Position numbers and translations under genes: made by a program. From Chiloscyllium plagiosum (lineage: Eukaryota): a stretch of 64,000 bases of DNA. Shown here piece by piece: positions 1 through 13,243 of this stretch. The stretch covers positions 82,712,046-82,776,045 of the forward strand of contig NC_057711.1 of assembly GCF_004010195.1 (NCBI RefSeq). The letters run 5' to 3'. The notes beneath the pieces are model-generated. The model was not told where the DNA came from and made no database searches. It saw nothing but the letters and a program-made list of their open reading frames with translations. Each line of letters opens with the position of its first letter. Positions within the stretch are counted from its first letter, which is position 1.

Positions 1-822
1 TCTCTCCTTCTAGCTACAATTCTCCAGTCCTGGCAACATTCTAGTAAATCTTCTCTGCACTCTCTCCAGAGCAATTACATCTTTACTGTAATGTGACGGC
101 CAGAACTGCACACGATGCTCCAGTTATGACCTCACCAGTGTCCTATACAATTTCATCATTACATCCATACTTTGTATTCCATATCACTGCCAATGAAGGA
201 GAGCATTCTATATGCTTTCCTTACAATCTTATCTACCTTTAGGGACCTGTGCACTTGCATGCTAAGATCTCTCACTTCATTTACCCCTCTCAGTATATTC
301 CCATTTATAGTGCATTCTTCTTTACTGTTTAACCTCTCTAAATGCATTACCTTACACTTATAGAGTCATAGAGATGTACAGCATGTAAACAGACCCTTCG
401 GTCCATGCCAAGCAGATGTCCCAACCCAATCTAGTCCCACCTGCCAGTACCCGGCCCATATCCCTCCAAACCCTTCCTATTCATATACCCATCCATATGC
501 CTCTTAAATGTTGCAATTGTACCAGCCTCCACCACTTCCTCTGGCAGCTCATTCCATACCCGTACCACCCTCAGTGTGAAAATGTTGCCCCTTAGGTCTC
601 TTTTATATCTTTCCCCTCTCACCCTAAACCTATGCCCTCTAGTTCTGGACTCTCCCAACCCAGGAAAAAGACTTTGCCTATCTTCACTGATCCTCTTTGT
701 CACTTTCTCAAAGAATTCAATCTGTAAGGCATGACCTTCCCTTAGCAAACTCATGCTGACTATGTGTGGCTACTCTATGCCTTTCTAAGTGACAGTTTAT
801 CTCATCTCTCAGGATGATTTGT
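1..822 (-). mobile_element. Nested CR1/HER1 LINE fragments (ORF2 C-terminal part, with a CR1 3' end inserted at ~361-680)
   Basis: Minus-strand peptides RDLSMQVHRSLKV..VRKAYRMLSFI and RTRGHRFRVRGERYKRDLRGNIFTLRVVRVWNELP are CR1 ORF2 C-terminal signatures. The CR1 3' tail (rc catgctgtacatctctatgactcta) is at 361-385. Confidence 0.9.
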
Positions 823-824
823 TG

Positions 825-1820
825 AGAAAACCAGAACAAGTGCAGGCTGCTACACTTTGATCGTGTTTTGAAGAGACTATTTCAAAATTTACTTCGCCCT
901 AAATCCCACCAAAGAATAGAAAAACACATGGCAAAAATTTTTAAAGATTTGAAGGCAAGCTTGGAGCCCCGGGGTGAAGATTACATTAAACAACACATAT
1001 TTAATGCTTGACAACAATGTGAAAAAGAGTCAATTAATTAATACATAATGCCATTAACTCAGCTCACAGAAACCTGTCAATTTACACTGTTAGAGGATGA
1101 ACTAATTAAAGTCAGGATTGGTCTTGGAATAAAGAATCCAAAAGTGAAAGCACTCCTATTGAGAGATGACAAATGTAATCTCAGGTGGGGGATTGACCTG
1201 TGTAGAAGTGCCAAGGCTGTGAATCAACAGCTAGCGTACATTCTTGGCAGATGGCTGAGCAAACCAGGTCATGCGTTATGCTGACTGTAGGCTGAAGGGG
1301 CAGAACAATCACAGACAAGAGATAGGATGGAAATATTGTGGAAGTCATCATGCAGAAGGGGAGAAAACATTTCCAGTGGGGGAAAATCAGATTTCCACTG
1401 CAAAAAGCTGAATGATTTTACATACAAGTATATGGCTAAAAAGAAGCAGAACAAGCAGCTATAGACGGCCACTGAAAAGATAATGGCTGAAGATACTAAT
1501 GAATACATCATTCAAAAGGCTGATTCAGTGAAATTAGTAGGTGAGACATAGTTTGTGACTGTTGGCATGAGAACTGCAAAGGAGAATATCAAGTCAGCAT
1601 AAAATTTTAATTAAACATAGCTGCATTATGCAACAACATGACCTTCACAGATCTGTGCAAAGTGGTTCGATGTAGCAATCTAAAAATGAAGTCAACTAAA
1701 GTGAGGTTAAGGTGAGATGATAGCACCATTGTTATACCGAGAGGATAGATTACTCTGTCAGTGCATTGCAATAACATGAATGAGAATTTGGACTTCCGGA
1801 TGGTAGAAAGTAAGCAAATG
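825..1820 (+). mobile_element. Degenerate Ty3/Gypsy gag-protease remnant
   Basis: Frame of ORF 1048-1284 and upstream reads HIFNA*QQCEKESIN*YIMPLTQLTETCQFTLLEDELIKVRIGLGIKNPKVKALLLRDDKCNLRWGIDLCRS. This fits the Gypsy gag pattern F..R.Q..GES...Y...L..L...C.F.....I.D.IV.GI.....LL....L.L..AI..CR. A decayed protease-like stretch lies at ~1550-1820. Many stops; no LTR seen. Confidence 0.7.
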
Positions 1821-2639
1821 CGATTAGAGGTTTAGATGGGATTCGATATGAAATTTTTTCATTCAGAGGATTGCTGGCATTGAAATTCCTGAAAGGGTGA
1901 AAGAAGCTGAAACTTGCACATCATTTAAAACTGCTTGCATGGTCACTTGAAGAGTCATAGCTCAAAAGGTAGAAGATTAAATGTTGGAAAGGCTGACTAG
2001 GCTGAATGACTATTTGTGAGCCAGCACTGGTATGTTGCCTCCCCCTTTTATGTTAATTACGCTAGGCCTATGATCCTACCAACAAGAAGTGGGTGCTGCT
2101 GTTGTTTATTTCAGGTGCCCTTCCCTAATGCTTAAATACATTTTTCCTGGGTTCTAGGAAAGGGTTGTCGTGGCAGCAATTATTTTGCCATACTGCACTT
2201 TTGATTCTAAAAAATATCACAGAATTCTTATGTTCCTCTTTCTAGGGACCCATGAATTTTATTATTGTACCTTCAAATATTTTTAAATTGGTATTAATGC
2301 TTTTGAGATTCTGAATGCATAAAATGAAGAAATTCTTTCTATTTATTTAACAGTTTCTGATTGTCACATGCATTGCATAGCTCAATGATTCATATATAAA
2401 TAAATACTTCTTAAATGCAGCAATGGTTGGTATGGGAGTCACACACAATGATAATTTTGCATAGAGCAATGTTCTGCCAGCAGAAATGCATTTCATACAT
2501 AGTTAATCTATTTTTTTATGATTATTATTGTTGAAGGAAGATGCTTGAGAATTTGCATCAAGTATGGTAGGTTATTTTATATCCATTTAAAGCACTGCAA
2601 CAAAAACGAGGATTATAGACAGATCAGTTAGCCTGAAAT

Positions 2640-4420
2640 CAGCAGGGGGAGAAATGCTGAAGTCCCTTATAAAAGGTTTAATAGGAGAACTGAATAGGGA
2701 TGGGGTGCACTTTAGAGGGTTTGTACAGACTCAGTGGGTGAATGGCCTCTGTAGGGATTCTATTGTGACCATATCTATAGCAAGACTTGGTTGCTTGAGC
2801 TGGAGTCTGAACTTCAAATACTGTGAAAATTCAGGGAAGGGGAGATTTACCTGGATGCTGTGTTTCAGGAGGCAGTCACAACCTTTAGAGCAACGACCTT
2901 AAATTTGGTCAGCGGTACGAGACAGGAGGGTGTAACTATGAGTAAGGCAGGTAGAAGTATCCAGGAGGTAGTTCTGAAAGAGCCTCAACCCTTGAGCTTG
3001 TCTAAAAGATTTGAGATTCTTGCTCCCTGTGTGGATGAGAGTGGAGGATGACCAAGCTGAACATGGCACCATGGTACAAGGAGTTGAGGGGTGAGAAATG
3101 AGAAGTGTAATTGTAATTGTGAATAGTGTAGGCAGGTGAAGACATTATTCTCTGTGACCTGGATTGAGAGTCCTAAAGATTGTCTTGCCTGCCTGGTGCC
3201 TGGGTTCAGAATATCTTATCTGGGCAATAGAGGAACATTGAATGGGACGGGAAAGATCCTGTTATCATGGTCCACATACGTATCAAAGATGTAGGAAGAG
3301 AAAAGGTTGGGCTGAGGGAATATGAGCAGCTAGGGCTGAAATTAAACACCAAGAAGGTAAGAACCAAAGTAATAATTAAGAACTAAATTAAGAACCAAAA
3401 AGGTAATAATTTCCAGATTACTACACAAGCCATGAGCTAATTGGCATAGGGTCAGCAAGATTAAAGAGGAAAATGCATGTGTCAGATTGGTGTGGGAGAA
3501 ATGGGTTTGAAATCAAGGCACATTGTCACCAGTGCTTGGAAAGGTGGGAGCTGTTCCAGTGGGATGGGCCCCACATGAATCATGCTGGGACAAGAGTCGT
3601 GTTGATTTACATTACTAGGGCTGTGGATAGGGTATTGGGGGTGGGGGTTGTTACATAGAAAATTATAACATCAAAGGTAAAGGAGAAGTTGAGATTGCAG
3701 GTTAGTGATGGGGTTGATTGTTATTAGAAATTAAAAGGAAGGGACAGAACGGGTAAATGTCATATTGTACCAAGGAACCATAAAATTGTAGGGAAATTTA
3801 ATAATAGAACAAACTGAAAGACTTTATATCTTAATGCATGAAGGATTTGGAAAAAAAGCAGACAACTTGACAGTGAAAATCAAGGTAAATGATTATGATC
3901 TCTTTGCCATTATGAAAACATGGTTACAAGTAGATCAAAACTGAGAACTTAATATTCAGGGATATTTAAATTTCAGAGTGACAGAAGGGATAGAGAAGGT
4001 GGTGAGGTGGCACTGTTAATAGAAAATGAAATGAGGACAGTTGTGAGAGGCGATCTAGGCTTGAATGATGTAGAGTCCATTTGGGCAGAGATAAAAAGCA
4101 GCAAGAGAAAGAAGACATTGGGAGAAGTAATGTACTGATTTGCAAACAGCAACCATTCTGCAGGAAAGGCTATAAATGAACAAATAATAGGAGTATGTAA
4201 AAAGAATAGAGCGATAATTATGGGTGACTTCAATCTTCATGTTGATTGGTTTAATCAAATTGGAAAAGATAGTTATGACAACAAATTCATAGATAATTAG
4301 GGATTAGGGATAATTAGGGATAATTTTCTAGAACAATATGTCATGGAGCCAACCAGGGAGCAAGCTATCTTGGAATCTGGTAATGGGTAATGAAGCAGGC
4401 TTAATAAATGATGTTAGAGA
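2640..4420 (+). mobile_element. CR1 LINE 5' portion: ORF1 (SGNH esterase-like) and ORF2 AP-endonuclease, degenerate
   Basis: ORF1-type motifs RFEIL, CLPGAWVQNI, VIMVHI and DGPHMNHAG (cf. DGLHLN); ORF2 endonuclease-type motifs LYLNA, ESIWAEIK and IMGDFNL. Multiple stops and frameshifts. Confidence 0.85.
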
Positions 4421-4767
4421 AAAAAAAGAGGTATTTAGATGGACAATTGTGATGCCAAGACATACAAGGTGATGGACCAAATGCTGGAAAATGGATTAGA
4501 AGTTAGATGGTTGTTTTTAACTACACAGGTTTGATGGGCTGAAGGGCCTTTTTCTGTGATGTAGATCTCTATCACTCCATGACTGTCTGGTATTCAATTG
4601 TATTTTTAAGACATTATTGTTTCTGCTTTTGTTGTTTTATTAATTGAAGTTTATCTGATTTAACATGCGTAATATTTTTCACTTCACAAAGTTTAATTGT
4701 TTTTGCTTATGTCCTTTTTAAAATTCATATATAAGACATCAGGGTTGCTGGCAAGATCAGCATATAT

Positions 4768-7700
4768 CAGAACACAGAACAGTACAGCACAGAAACAGGC
4801 CCTTGGATCTACAATGTTTGACCGTGACGTCATTCTAAACTAAACCCATTTGCCTGCACCTGGTCCATATTCCTCTATTCCCCACTTATTCATGTGTCTG
4901 TCTAAATGCCTCTTAAAATGTTGCTATCATATTTGCTTTCACCATCTCCCCTAGGAATGAGTTCCAGACACTTACCATACTCTGTGTAAAACACTCTCCT
5001 TGCACATTTCCTTTCAACTTTTTGCACCTTTCACTTTAAAACCTATGCCTCTAATATTTTACATTTCTGTCTTTGAAAATAGACTGACTATCCATCTTAT
5101 CCATGTCTCTAATAACCTTATATACTAGCATCAGGTTGCCCCTCAGCCTTCGACAATCTTGCAAAAACAATCCAAATTTGTCCAACCTCTCCTTGTAGCG
5201 ACTATGTTCCAATCAAGGCAAAACTCTTTGCACCCTCTCCAAAGCCTCCACATCCTTCCTACAGTGTGGGAATCAAAACTGCACACCATACTCCAAATGT
5301 GGTTTAACTAAACTCTTATAGAGCAGCAACATGACTTGCCTACTGTTGTACTCAATGTTTGCCTTCTTTACCACTTACGTTGCCATTTTTTGGGAGTTAT
5401 AGATTTGCACCCCAAGATCCCTGTATAGAATCAATGCTCCAGAGGGTTGTACCATTTACTGTATACTTTCCTCTTTATTTGACTTCCCATGATGAATCAC
5501 CTCACACTTGTTTGTATTAAATTCCAACTGCCATTTCTCTGGCCAATATGCCAGCTGATCTGTAACCTGCTATATCCTGTGATAACCTTCCTCACTATTC
5601 ACAGCTTCACCAATTTTCATGTTGTCTGCAAACTCACAAATCAGACCACCTATATTTTCATTCAATAATTTATATGTATGACAGACACCAGAGGTCCTAG
5701 CGCTGATCCATGTAGAACATGACTGGCTACAGACCTCCTGTCAGAAAAGCACTCCTCCACAATTGTTGTCCGTCTACTGTCTATAACCAAGCCAGTTTTG
5801 TATCCAATTTACCAACTCACCATGGATCACCTGTGACTTAATCTCCTGGCCGGCCCACCACTCTCATTAATCATTTCCTCAAAAAGGCTCAATCAAGTTT
5901 GTGAGATAAGACCTCTTCAGCGTAAAGCCATGCCGACTATCCCTGCTAAGTCCATTCTTCCCCAAATGTGCATAATCCTTTCTCTAAATATCTTCTCCAA
6001 GAATATCCCTACCACTGGTATAAGGCTCACTAGCCTATAATTTTCTAGATTATCTCTGTTGCCCTTCATAAACAAAGGAACAACATTGGCTATTTGGAGT
6101 CTTTTGGTACTTCACCTATAGCTAAAGAGAATACAAAGATCTCTATCAAGGCCACAGCAATCTCCTCCCTTCCTCCTTCAGTATTATGGGATAGATCCCT
6201 TCAGGCTCTGGGGACCTTAATGTTTTTCAAGATACCTAACACCTCCTCCTTCCTAATATCAGCATGCCCCAGAATATCCACATATCCCTGTCTAATCTTA
6301 TCATCATCTACGTCCTTCTCCTTGTTAAATACAATTGCAAAGTACTCATTAAGGCCCACACTACTTCCTCTAGCTCCAAACATAACTTCTCTCTTTTGTC
6401 CTTGAGTAGATCTACCCTTTCCCTAGCTATCCTCTTGCTCCTAAATTCATATAAAATGCCTTGGGATTCTCTTTAATTCTACTGGCTAATGACGACTCCA
6501 GGTGCCTGCTAGCCATCTGAATCGCATATTTAAGTACTCTTCTGCTACCTTTATACTCCTCAAGGGCCTTACGTATGTTTCCTTCTTTCTTTTTGACTAA
6601 ACTTTGAACATCTCTTGTCATCCAATGTTTCTGAATCTTGCCACCCTTTTCTTTCAACCCCCAGGAACTTGCCGGTCCTGAATTCTGATCAATTGGTCTT
6701 TAAAAGACTTGCATATGTCAGATGTATATTTGTCTTCAAACAGCTGCCTCCAGTCAAATTTCTTCAGTTCCCGCCTAAGACAGTTGTGATTAGCCTTCCC
6801 TAATTTAGTACTTTCACCTGAGGACAGGTTTTATCCTTATCTACAACTATCGTAAAACTTTACAAATTTATGATTACTGTCCCCAAAATGAACCTCCCAT
6901 TAAATTGTAACCACCTGGCCAGGCTCATTCCCCAAGTCTAGTATGGTCCCTTCCCTAGTTGGACTTCCTACATATTGTTTCAAGAAACCCTTCTGAGTGC
7001 ACCTAACAAATTTGGCCTCATTTAAGCCCTGGCACTAAGGGAGTCCCAGTCAATATTAGGGAAGTTAAAATCTACAAATGTAAAACCTGTTGTTTTACAT
7101 TTTTGGATGATCTGCTCACATATCTTTTCCTCTATCTCCTGATGGTTATTGGGAGGCCTATTTTAGAACCTCATCACAGTATGTGCACCTTTCTCATTCC
7201 TGAGTTCTACCCATATGATGTTTTGGACGACCCCTCCAAGCTGTCCTGTCTTAGTGTAGCTGTGATATCCTCCTTAATTAGTAAACCAATTTCCCCACCC
7301 CTTTTGGATCCCTCTTTGTCTGGCCTGAAGCACCTAAATCCTGAAAGGTTGAGCTGCCAGTCCTGCCCTTCTCTCAACCAAGATTTTGCAATGGTTACAA
7401 CACTGTACAAATCCAGTCGAAAGTGTGGTGCTGGAAAAGCACAGCAGATCAGGTAGCATTCGAGGAGCAGGAGAGTCGATGTTTCAGGAAAAAGCCCTTC
7501 ATCAGGAATGAATCTGTGGGCTGAGGGGGTGGTGAGATAAATGAGAGGGGGTGGGGCTGGGGGAAGGTAGATGAGAGTGCAATAGGTGAATGGAGGTGGC
7601 AGTAATGGTGATAGGTCAGCAGGTAGGACAGGTCATGAGGGCAGTGCCAAGTTGGAAGGTTGGATCTCAGATAAGGTGGGGGTAAGGGAAATGAGGAAAC

Positions 7701-9150
7701 TGGTGAGATCCACATTGATGCCATGGGATTGGTGGGTACCAAGGCAGAAGATGAAATGTTCTTCCTCCAGGTGTTGGGTGGTTAGGGAGTGGCGATGGAG
7801 GAGACCCAGGACCTGCATGTCCTTGGTGGAGTGGGAGAGGAAGTTGAAGTGGGTTTGCTTGGTGCGAGTGTCCCGGAGATATTCTCTGAAGTACTCTGCG
7901 AGTAGCCATCCTGTCTCCCCAATGTAGAGGAGACCGCATTGGGAGCAATGGATACAACAAATGACATGTGTGGAAGTGCAGGTGAAACTTTGAGGGATGT
8001 GGAAGGCTCCTTTGGGGCCTTGGACGGAGGTGAGGGGGAGGTGTGGGTGCAGGTTTTGCAATTCCTGTGGTGGCAAGGGAAAATGCTGGGAGGGGAGGGT
8101 GGGTTGGTGGGGGCGTGGACCTGACGAGGAAGCCGCAGAGAGAATGGTATTTATGGAAAATGGATAGGAGTGGGAAGGGAAATATATCTCTTGGGGGTGG
8201 GGTCCATTTGTAGGTGGCGGAAATGGTGGAGGATGATGCGATGTATACAAAGGTTGGTGGGGTGGAAAGTGAGGACCAGGAGGGTTCTGTCCTTGTTACT
8301 GTTGGAGGGGTGGGATTCACGGGCGGAGGTGCAGGAAGTGATTGAGATGCGCTGCAGGGCATAATCAACTGCGTGGGAGGGCAAATTGTGCCCTTTAAAG
8401 AAAGAGACCATCTGGTGTGTTCAGTGGTGGAACTGGTCCTCCTAGGAGCAGATGTGGTGGAGGCGGAGGAATTGGGAATAAGGGATAGCATTTTTACAGG
8501 AGGCAGGGTGGGGGGATGTGTAATCCAAGTAGCTGTGGGAGTCAGTGGGTTTGTAAAAAATGTCAATGTTGAGTTGGTCACTGTTGAAGGAGACGGAGAG
8601 GTCCATGAAGGGGAGTGAGGTGTCTGAGATGGTCCAGGTGAATTTTAGGTTGGGGTGGAATGTGTTGGTGAAGTTGATGAACTGTTCAACCTCCTCATGG
8701 GAGCACAAGGTGGCGCCGATGCAGTCATCAATGTAGCAGAGGAACAGGTGGGGGAATGGTGCCGGTGTAACTGCGGAAGATGGATGGACTGTTCCACCTA
8801 ACCGACAAAGAGACAGGCTTAGCTGGGGCCCATGCGGGTGAATCCAGTTCACCTGCCTTACCTGTTATACTGCCTGCAATAAAATAAACACACTTCACAC
8901 TGCCAGTCCCACTATGTTCATTATCTGGCCCTGCTTGTTATTTCTATTAGACTTATTTGACTTAAGCCAACCTCCCCCTCAATCACTCTACATGCTGACC
9001 TACTCTTCTATTTCTCACCCCCATTCCCCTCCATGGCACCAGTTTAAACCCTCCTGAGTGGCACCAATAAACCTCCCTTTAAGGATATCGATTCCCCTCC
9101 AGTTTAGGCACAACCTGTCCTTCTTATACAGATCCCTTCTGCCCGAGAAG
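4768..9150 (-). mobile_element. CR1 LINE (ORF2, degenerate), interrupted by a PLE insertion at 7418-8840
   Basis: 3' tail agaacacagaacagtacagcacag at ~4768. Minus peptides LASRIKENPKAFY, LNEYF, WLREGQDWQLNLSGFRCFRPDKEGSKRGGEIGLLIKE. CR1 sequence resumes after 8840. Confidence 0.9.
7418..8840 (-). mobile_element. 5'-truncated Penelope-like element (Neptune-like): RT C-terminus, GIY-YIG endonuclease and 3' end
   Basis: RT/thumb motifs YIDDCIG..FHPNLKFT..LPFMD..YKPTDSHSYLDYTSPHP..KNAIPYSQFLRL. GIY-YIG motif FTCTSTHVICCIHCSQCGLLYIGETG. 8-bp TSD aatccagt at 7410-7417 and 8841-8848. Confidence 0.9.
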
Positions 9151-9760
9151 AGATGGGTAGAGTTGTCCTTGAGAAGCTGGTGGTAAGTTGTTTTCTGGAG
9201 CCACTGTTCTCCATGTTTTGAAGGTACACTCAGTACACTATTAGGGAGAAAACTCCAATAGTTTGATCCAAAGTAAAGGAATAATGTATTCTAAGCTAGG
9301 ATGCTGTGTAATGTATGTGCTCTGCTGCCTACTGGATTGTAATATGCTTTTAAGGAACTTAGCCTGCTGCAGTGCAGCTTACAGATGGTAAACACTGTTA
9401 CAACTATGCACCAGTGTACGGGGGAATGAATATTTAAATTGGTGAATAGGCTGCCAGTCGAGTGCGTTACTTTATCCTGAAAGTTGAATTGTTAGAGTTT
9501 CATTTATTCAGACAAGTTTCATTAAGTTTTGAGATGTGCCTTGAAGATGGTGGACAGGCTTTGGGGAATTAGAGAGTGAGTTACTCATCACCTTGTGCCT
9601 CTACCTGTGGTGTGTCTATCATGATGGTGGTACAGGATACATGTAGAGATTAGGATGAAGGACACTGGGTCATTGGCTGTAAGATATAGTTAATTGATAT
9701 GACTATGTCAGGTTGTTTTTTGAATTTGTGCCACTTTTGCCACAAATCCTCAGAAACTAA
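9150..9760 (-). mobile_element. Old LINE fragment (CR1/L2-group), same family as 14455-14830, 33090-33930, 40090-40800 and 45540-46500
   Basis: Shares recognisable segments (ccttgagaag..ggtggt, ttagggag..ccaatagtttgatcc, agatggta.acactg) with the other listed copies. Confidence 0.6.
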
Positions 9761-9779
9761 TGAGAAGATGTATATATAA

Positions 9780-11075
9780 ACTTACACATTATGAATGGAG
9801 GTTGGCCATTTTACCCTTCGAGCATGCTCTGATGTTTAATAAGATCATGCCTAAAGTCAGCATAATTGTTCCACTTAGCCCTTTTACTGATCATGAATCT
9901 ATCTACTTCTGCCTTAACAATATTCAAAGATGCTGCCTCAACTATTTTTCCATGAAGAAAGTTATAAAGATTCACAACTCTGAGAGAAAAAAGCTCTCTT
10001 CACCTGTCTTAAATGGGTGACCCCTTACCTTCAAATGGTGACTTCTAGTTCTAGATTCTCTGATAAGGGAAACTATCCTTTCCACATTGACTGTGTCAAG
10101 TTCCCTCAGGCTCTTATATATTTCAATCAAGCCACCTGTTAATTTTGCAAACTCCACTAGGTGCATGCCTAAGCTGTACAACCCTTACTCATAAGACAAT
10201 CTGCCCCTTAGGCATCAGTCAAATAAAGCTTCTCTGATTTGCTTGCAATGCATTTACACCCTTCCTTAAATAAGCAGACCAATACTGTACATGGTACTCC
10301 AATTGCTGTCTCATCCATGCCTTGTATAGCTGAAGAATAACCTCCTGACTTATACATTCATTTCACCATACAATAAACAATAGCATTTTACATTTTTTTC
10401 CTAATTACCGTGGTGGGCGGCACGGTGGCACAGTGGTTAGCACTGCTGCCTCGCAGCGCCAGAGACCCGGGTTCAATTCCCGCCTCAGGCGACTGACTGT
10501 GTGGAGTTTGCACGTTCTCCCCATGTCTGCGTGGGTTTCCTCCGGGTGCTCCGGTTTCCTCCCACAATCCAAAGATGTGCAGGTCAGGTGAATTGGCCAT
10601 GCTAAATTGCCCGTAGTGTTAGGTAAGGGGTAAATGTAGGGGTATGGGTGGGTTGCGCTTTGGCGGGTCGGTGTGGACTTGTTGGGCCGAAGGGCCTGTT
10701 TCCACATTGTAATGTAATCTAATCTACTTGCTGAACTAAAAAGGCTAGTATGTAATTTGTCCATTAGGACACACATATCCTCTTATAATCGCTCACTATT
10801 GACATAATACATTTCTTTTTATATCTTGCCTATAATGTGGACAATTTTACATTTTGTCACATTATGCTTTTGCCAGTTATTTGTCTACTCAGTTAACCTA
10901 TCTATATTGCTTTGTAGGTTCCTTATTTTTTCTTTGCAAGATATTTTTCTACTTACCTTTGTGTTATTAGCAAATTTAGGGACCATACCTTTGGTCTGTT
11001 CATCCAAGACATTTATAGAATTTGCAAAATGTTGATGCCCCAGCACTGATCCATGTGGCTCATTACATCTTACCA
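9780..11075 (-). mobile_element. CR1 LINE 3' fragment interrupted by an HE1 SINE
   Basis: Minus peptides GSVLG..KFANNTKV and LIEIYK..ESRTRSHHLKVRGHPFKT. Confidence 0.85.
10415..10725 (+). mobile_element. HE1-type tRNA-derived V-SINE, full length
   Basis: Pol III A box TGGCACAGTGG and B box GGTTCAATTCC. V-domain gtgtggagtttgcacgttctcccc..gggtttcctccgggtgctccggtttcctcccac. CR1-like 3' end gggccgaagggcctgtttcc plus (taatc)n tail. Near-identical copies at 56355 and 62497. Confidence 0.92.
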
Positions 11076-11184
11076 TTGATGCCTACTCTGAATTACTTTT
11101 CGTGACTTTGCGGGGTCAAATGACAGGATGTGCCTTTGTTGTTTCTGATGAGAAATTTATATTTTCTGGAGCGGTTTGATAAAA

Positions 11185-11450
11185 ACAAGTGGCTTGCCAG
11201 GCCATTTTTGGGAGCCCGTAAAAGTCAACCACATTGCTGTGGGTCCAGAGAAATATGTGGGCCAGACCAAGTAAGGACAATAGATTCCTTTCCCTGAAAC
11301 ACATTAATGATTTAGATTCGTATTTGTGACGATCCAGTCGTTTCATGATTATTGCTGGGGCTAACATTTTAGTTGCAGATTTTTTGAACATTATGTTCAT
11401 TGAATTTAAATTCAGCCCACTACTATAGTGTGATCTGAACCCATGTCAAC
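11185..11450 (-). mobile_element. Diverged SINE fragment (family not assigned)
   Basis: B-box-like rc GGGTTCAGATC near 11430-11443, plus a core (gtcaaccacattgctgtgggtc..ggccagacca.gtaagga) recalled as a common chondrichthyan SINE. Recollection only. Confidence 0.5.
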
Positions 11451-13243
11451 ACACAGTGTTGAGTCGCTGCAGTTTGACTGGTATTTCCTCGTAGGGTTTC
11501 CGCTTCATTTCTGGCTTCTAATTGTCCACAATTGGCAACTGAAAGTTCACAGGGGGCAAAAAGTCTGATTATCAGTAACAATTCAACAATTCAACAGCAG
11601 CTCAGGGCAGCTTTTTTAGCTCGATGTAAATAAGTCATGATATCAGAGGTTCACCACTCAGGTGCACAGATCATACGTTGCAACTTTTGTGCATCCAAAA
11701 TGAATGTGTTTGAATTTATGCCACTGTGTTCTTACAGTCCCTATACTTTGCAGATCTGCATTTCAAATCTGTCTTTCTTCAGTCTGTAATTGCAACAATC
11801 CTTATTAATATGGATCCTTATTCCCCACTGTTACTTGAAGTATTTAATTATTACTTAATTGTAGATCACAGCTGAAAATAGAGTTATTGTTTTTCCTTTT
11901 CATTAGCTAGTCCACTGTGTGGGAGGTACAAACTTCATGCAATTTGTTTTCAATAAGCTGTTATCCTTTCTGATTTTAAATAAAAAGTTTTTTTTATTTG
12001 ATTCATTTTTAAGGATATACATTGGGTTTTGAGCAAAAAAATGTATGTTTGATAAGGGAAGACAGGATCATAAAAAGCATAATTTATAGATGACTCTTTT
12101 TTAATCAATTATTGTTCTACAGTATGGGCCTTCACTTTCAATCTAGGTTCCTCAATTAATTATTGCTCCAAATCAGCTCCACAAACAATGCCAGCAATAT
12201 TTTTTGAAAGCCATGAACAAACAATAAGAGTATAGAATCTAATGATTAACTCTTCTATTAATTCTTCTAGCGGCTCTGTGCGTATATTTACACTGCACTG
12301 AAACTAACTTCTCAAGGGCAGTGAGGTGGGTAAAAAATGCTGGCCAGCTAGGGACTCATATCTTGTGAAAGAATAAATTTTAAAAATATCTAAGTATTTT
12401 GAGCCACTTCTACACTTACGCCTTTTGCACTTGTGATAGATAGCCACGTACTGACATGACTGAAAGCACCTTTATGTAATATCGGTATTGCTGGCAGAAG
12501 AAAAGTAAGTTTTCAACTGTCAGCTGAAAAACCTTCTCTCCTTTATCCAATGACTTCGTGTACCCACCGTGGGTGTGTGATTGTTTGATTCCCCATTAGT
12601 AATGCAAGCACAATGAGTGAATCCCACGCTTTTGCTCTCTGTGGGTACTTCTATGTTGTGTTGCACTGAAGGAAATGAAATTACTGAAGCTAGGAATAGC
12701 TTTTGCCTTGGCATTAAGGATATTTATCCAAAGGAACTTGGAGAAGAGGTCAGAATGAACAGAGCTGCAGTTAGGGGAATGGAGAAGTATTTTTTCTGAA
12801 GCTGAGCTGAGAGCGAAGAAATAATTGAAGATTGTGACAAATGCTACACACAATACACACTTACACATTATGCCTATTTACATGTTAAATCCCAATTTCA
12901 ATGACATTCAGAAATGTATTATAAATATTGTTCTGCTGAAACTGTATGAAACTTTTTGCAAATATAAAAATAGCTTTAATATTTGAAAGGAATACCAATA
13001 GTGATACCATCCCCAGCCACATATATTCTTCAGTAAATGGGGTAGACTTGAGGTGATGTGTGTAGGAGAAAAAAGCACATTGCAAACAGGGAGAATGATC
13101 TGCTGTGGGAGCTGCTGCTCAACATGAGGGTTGCTGCCATCATCTTCTTTATGGTTAGGAAAATACGTGGCCTGCTTATCTAATGTGGTTGAGAAAAAGC
13201 ACTTTCTGCTCTAGCTAGAAAAGTCTCTTGTAGTTCATTCTGT

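Noticed and set aside
2115..2410. Possible terminal exon/3' UTR of an upstream gene (tttatttcag acceptor, AATAAA near 2399)
   Set aside because: All frames stop within 15 codons, with no recognisable peptide and no partner exon in the window.
7667..8581. 304-aa Pro/Ser/Thr-rich ORF on the minus strand
   Set aside because: It is an alternative frame over the C-rich PLE RT/GIY-YIG region; the recognisable protein motifs are in the other frames.
10415..10485. tRNA-like sequence with A and B boxes (also near 56600 and 62500)
   Set aside because: It is the SINE head; no complete cloverleaf, and it continues into the V-domain.
12480..13200. Repeat-free block with short ORFs, possible exon or enhancer
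   Set aside because: No splice-bounded frame or recognisable peptide; conservation cannot be assessed without alignments.
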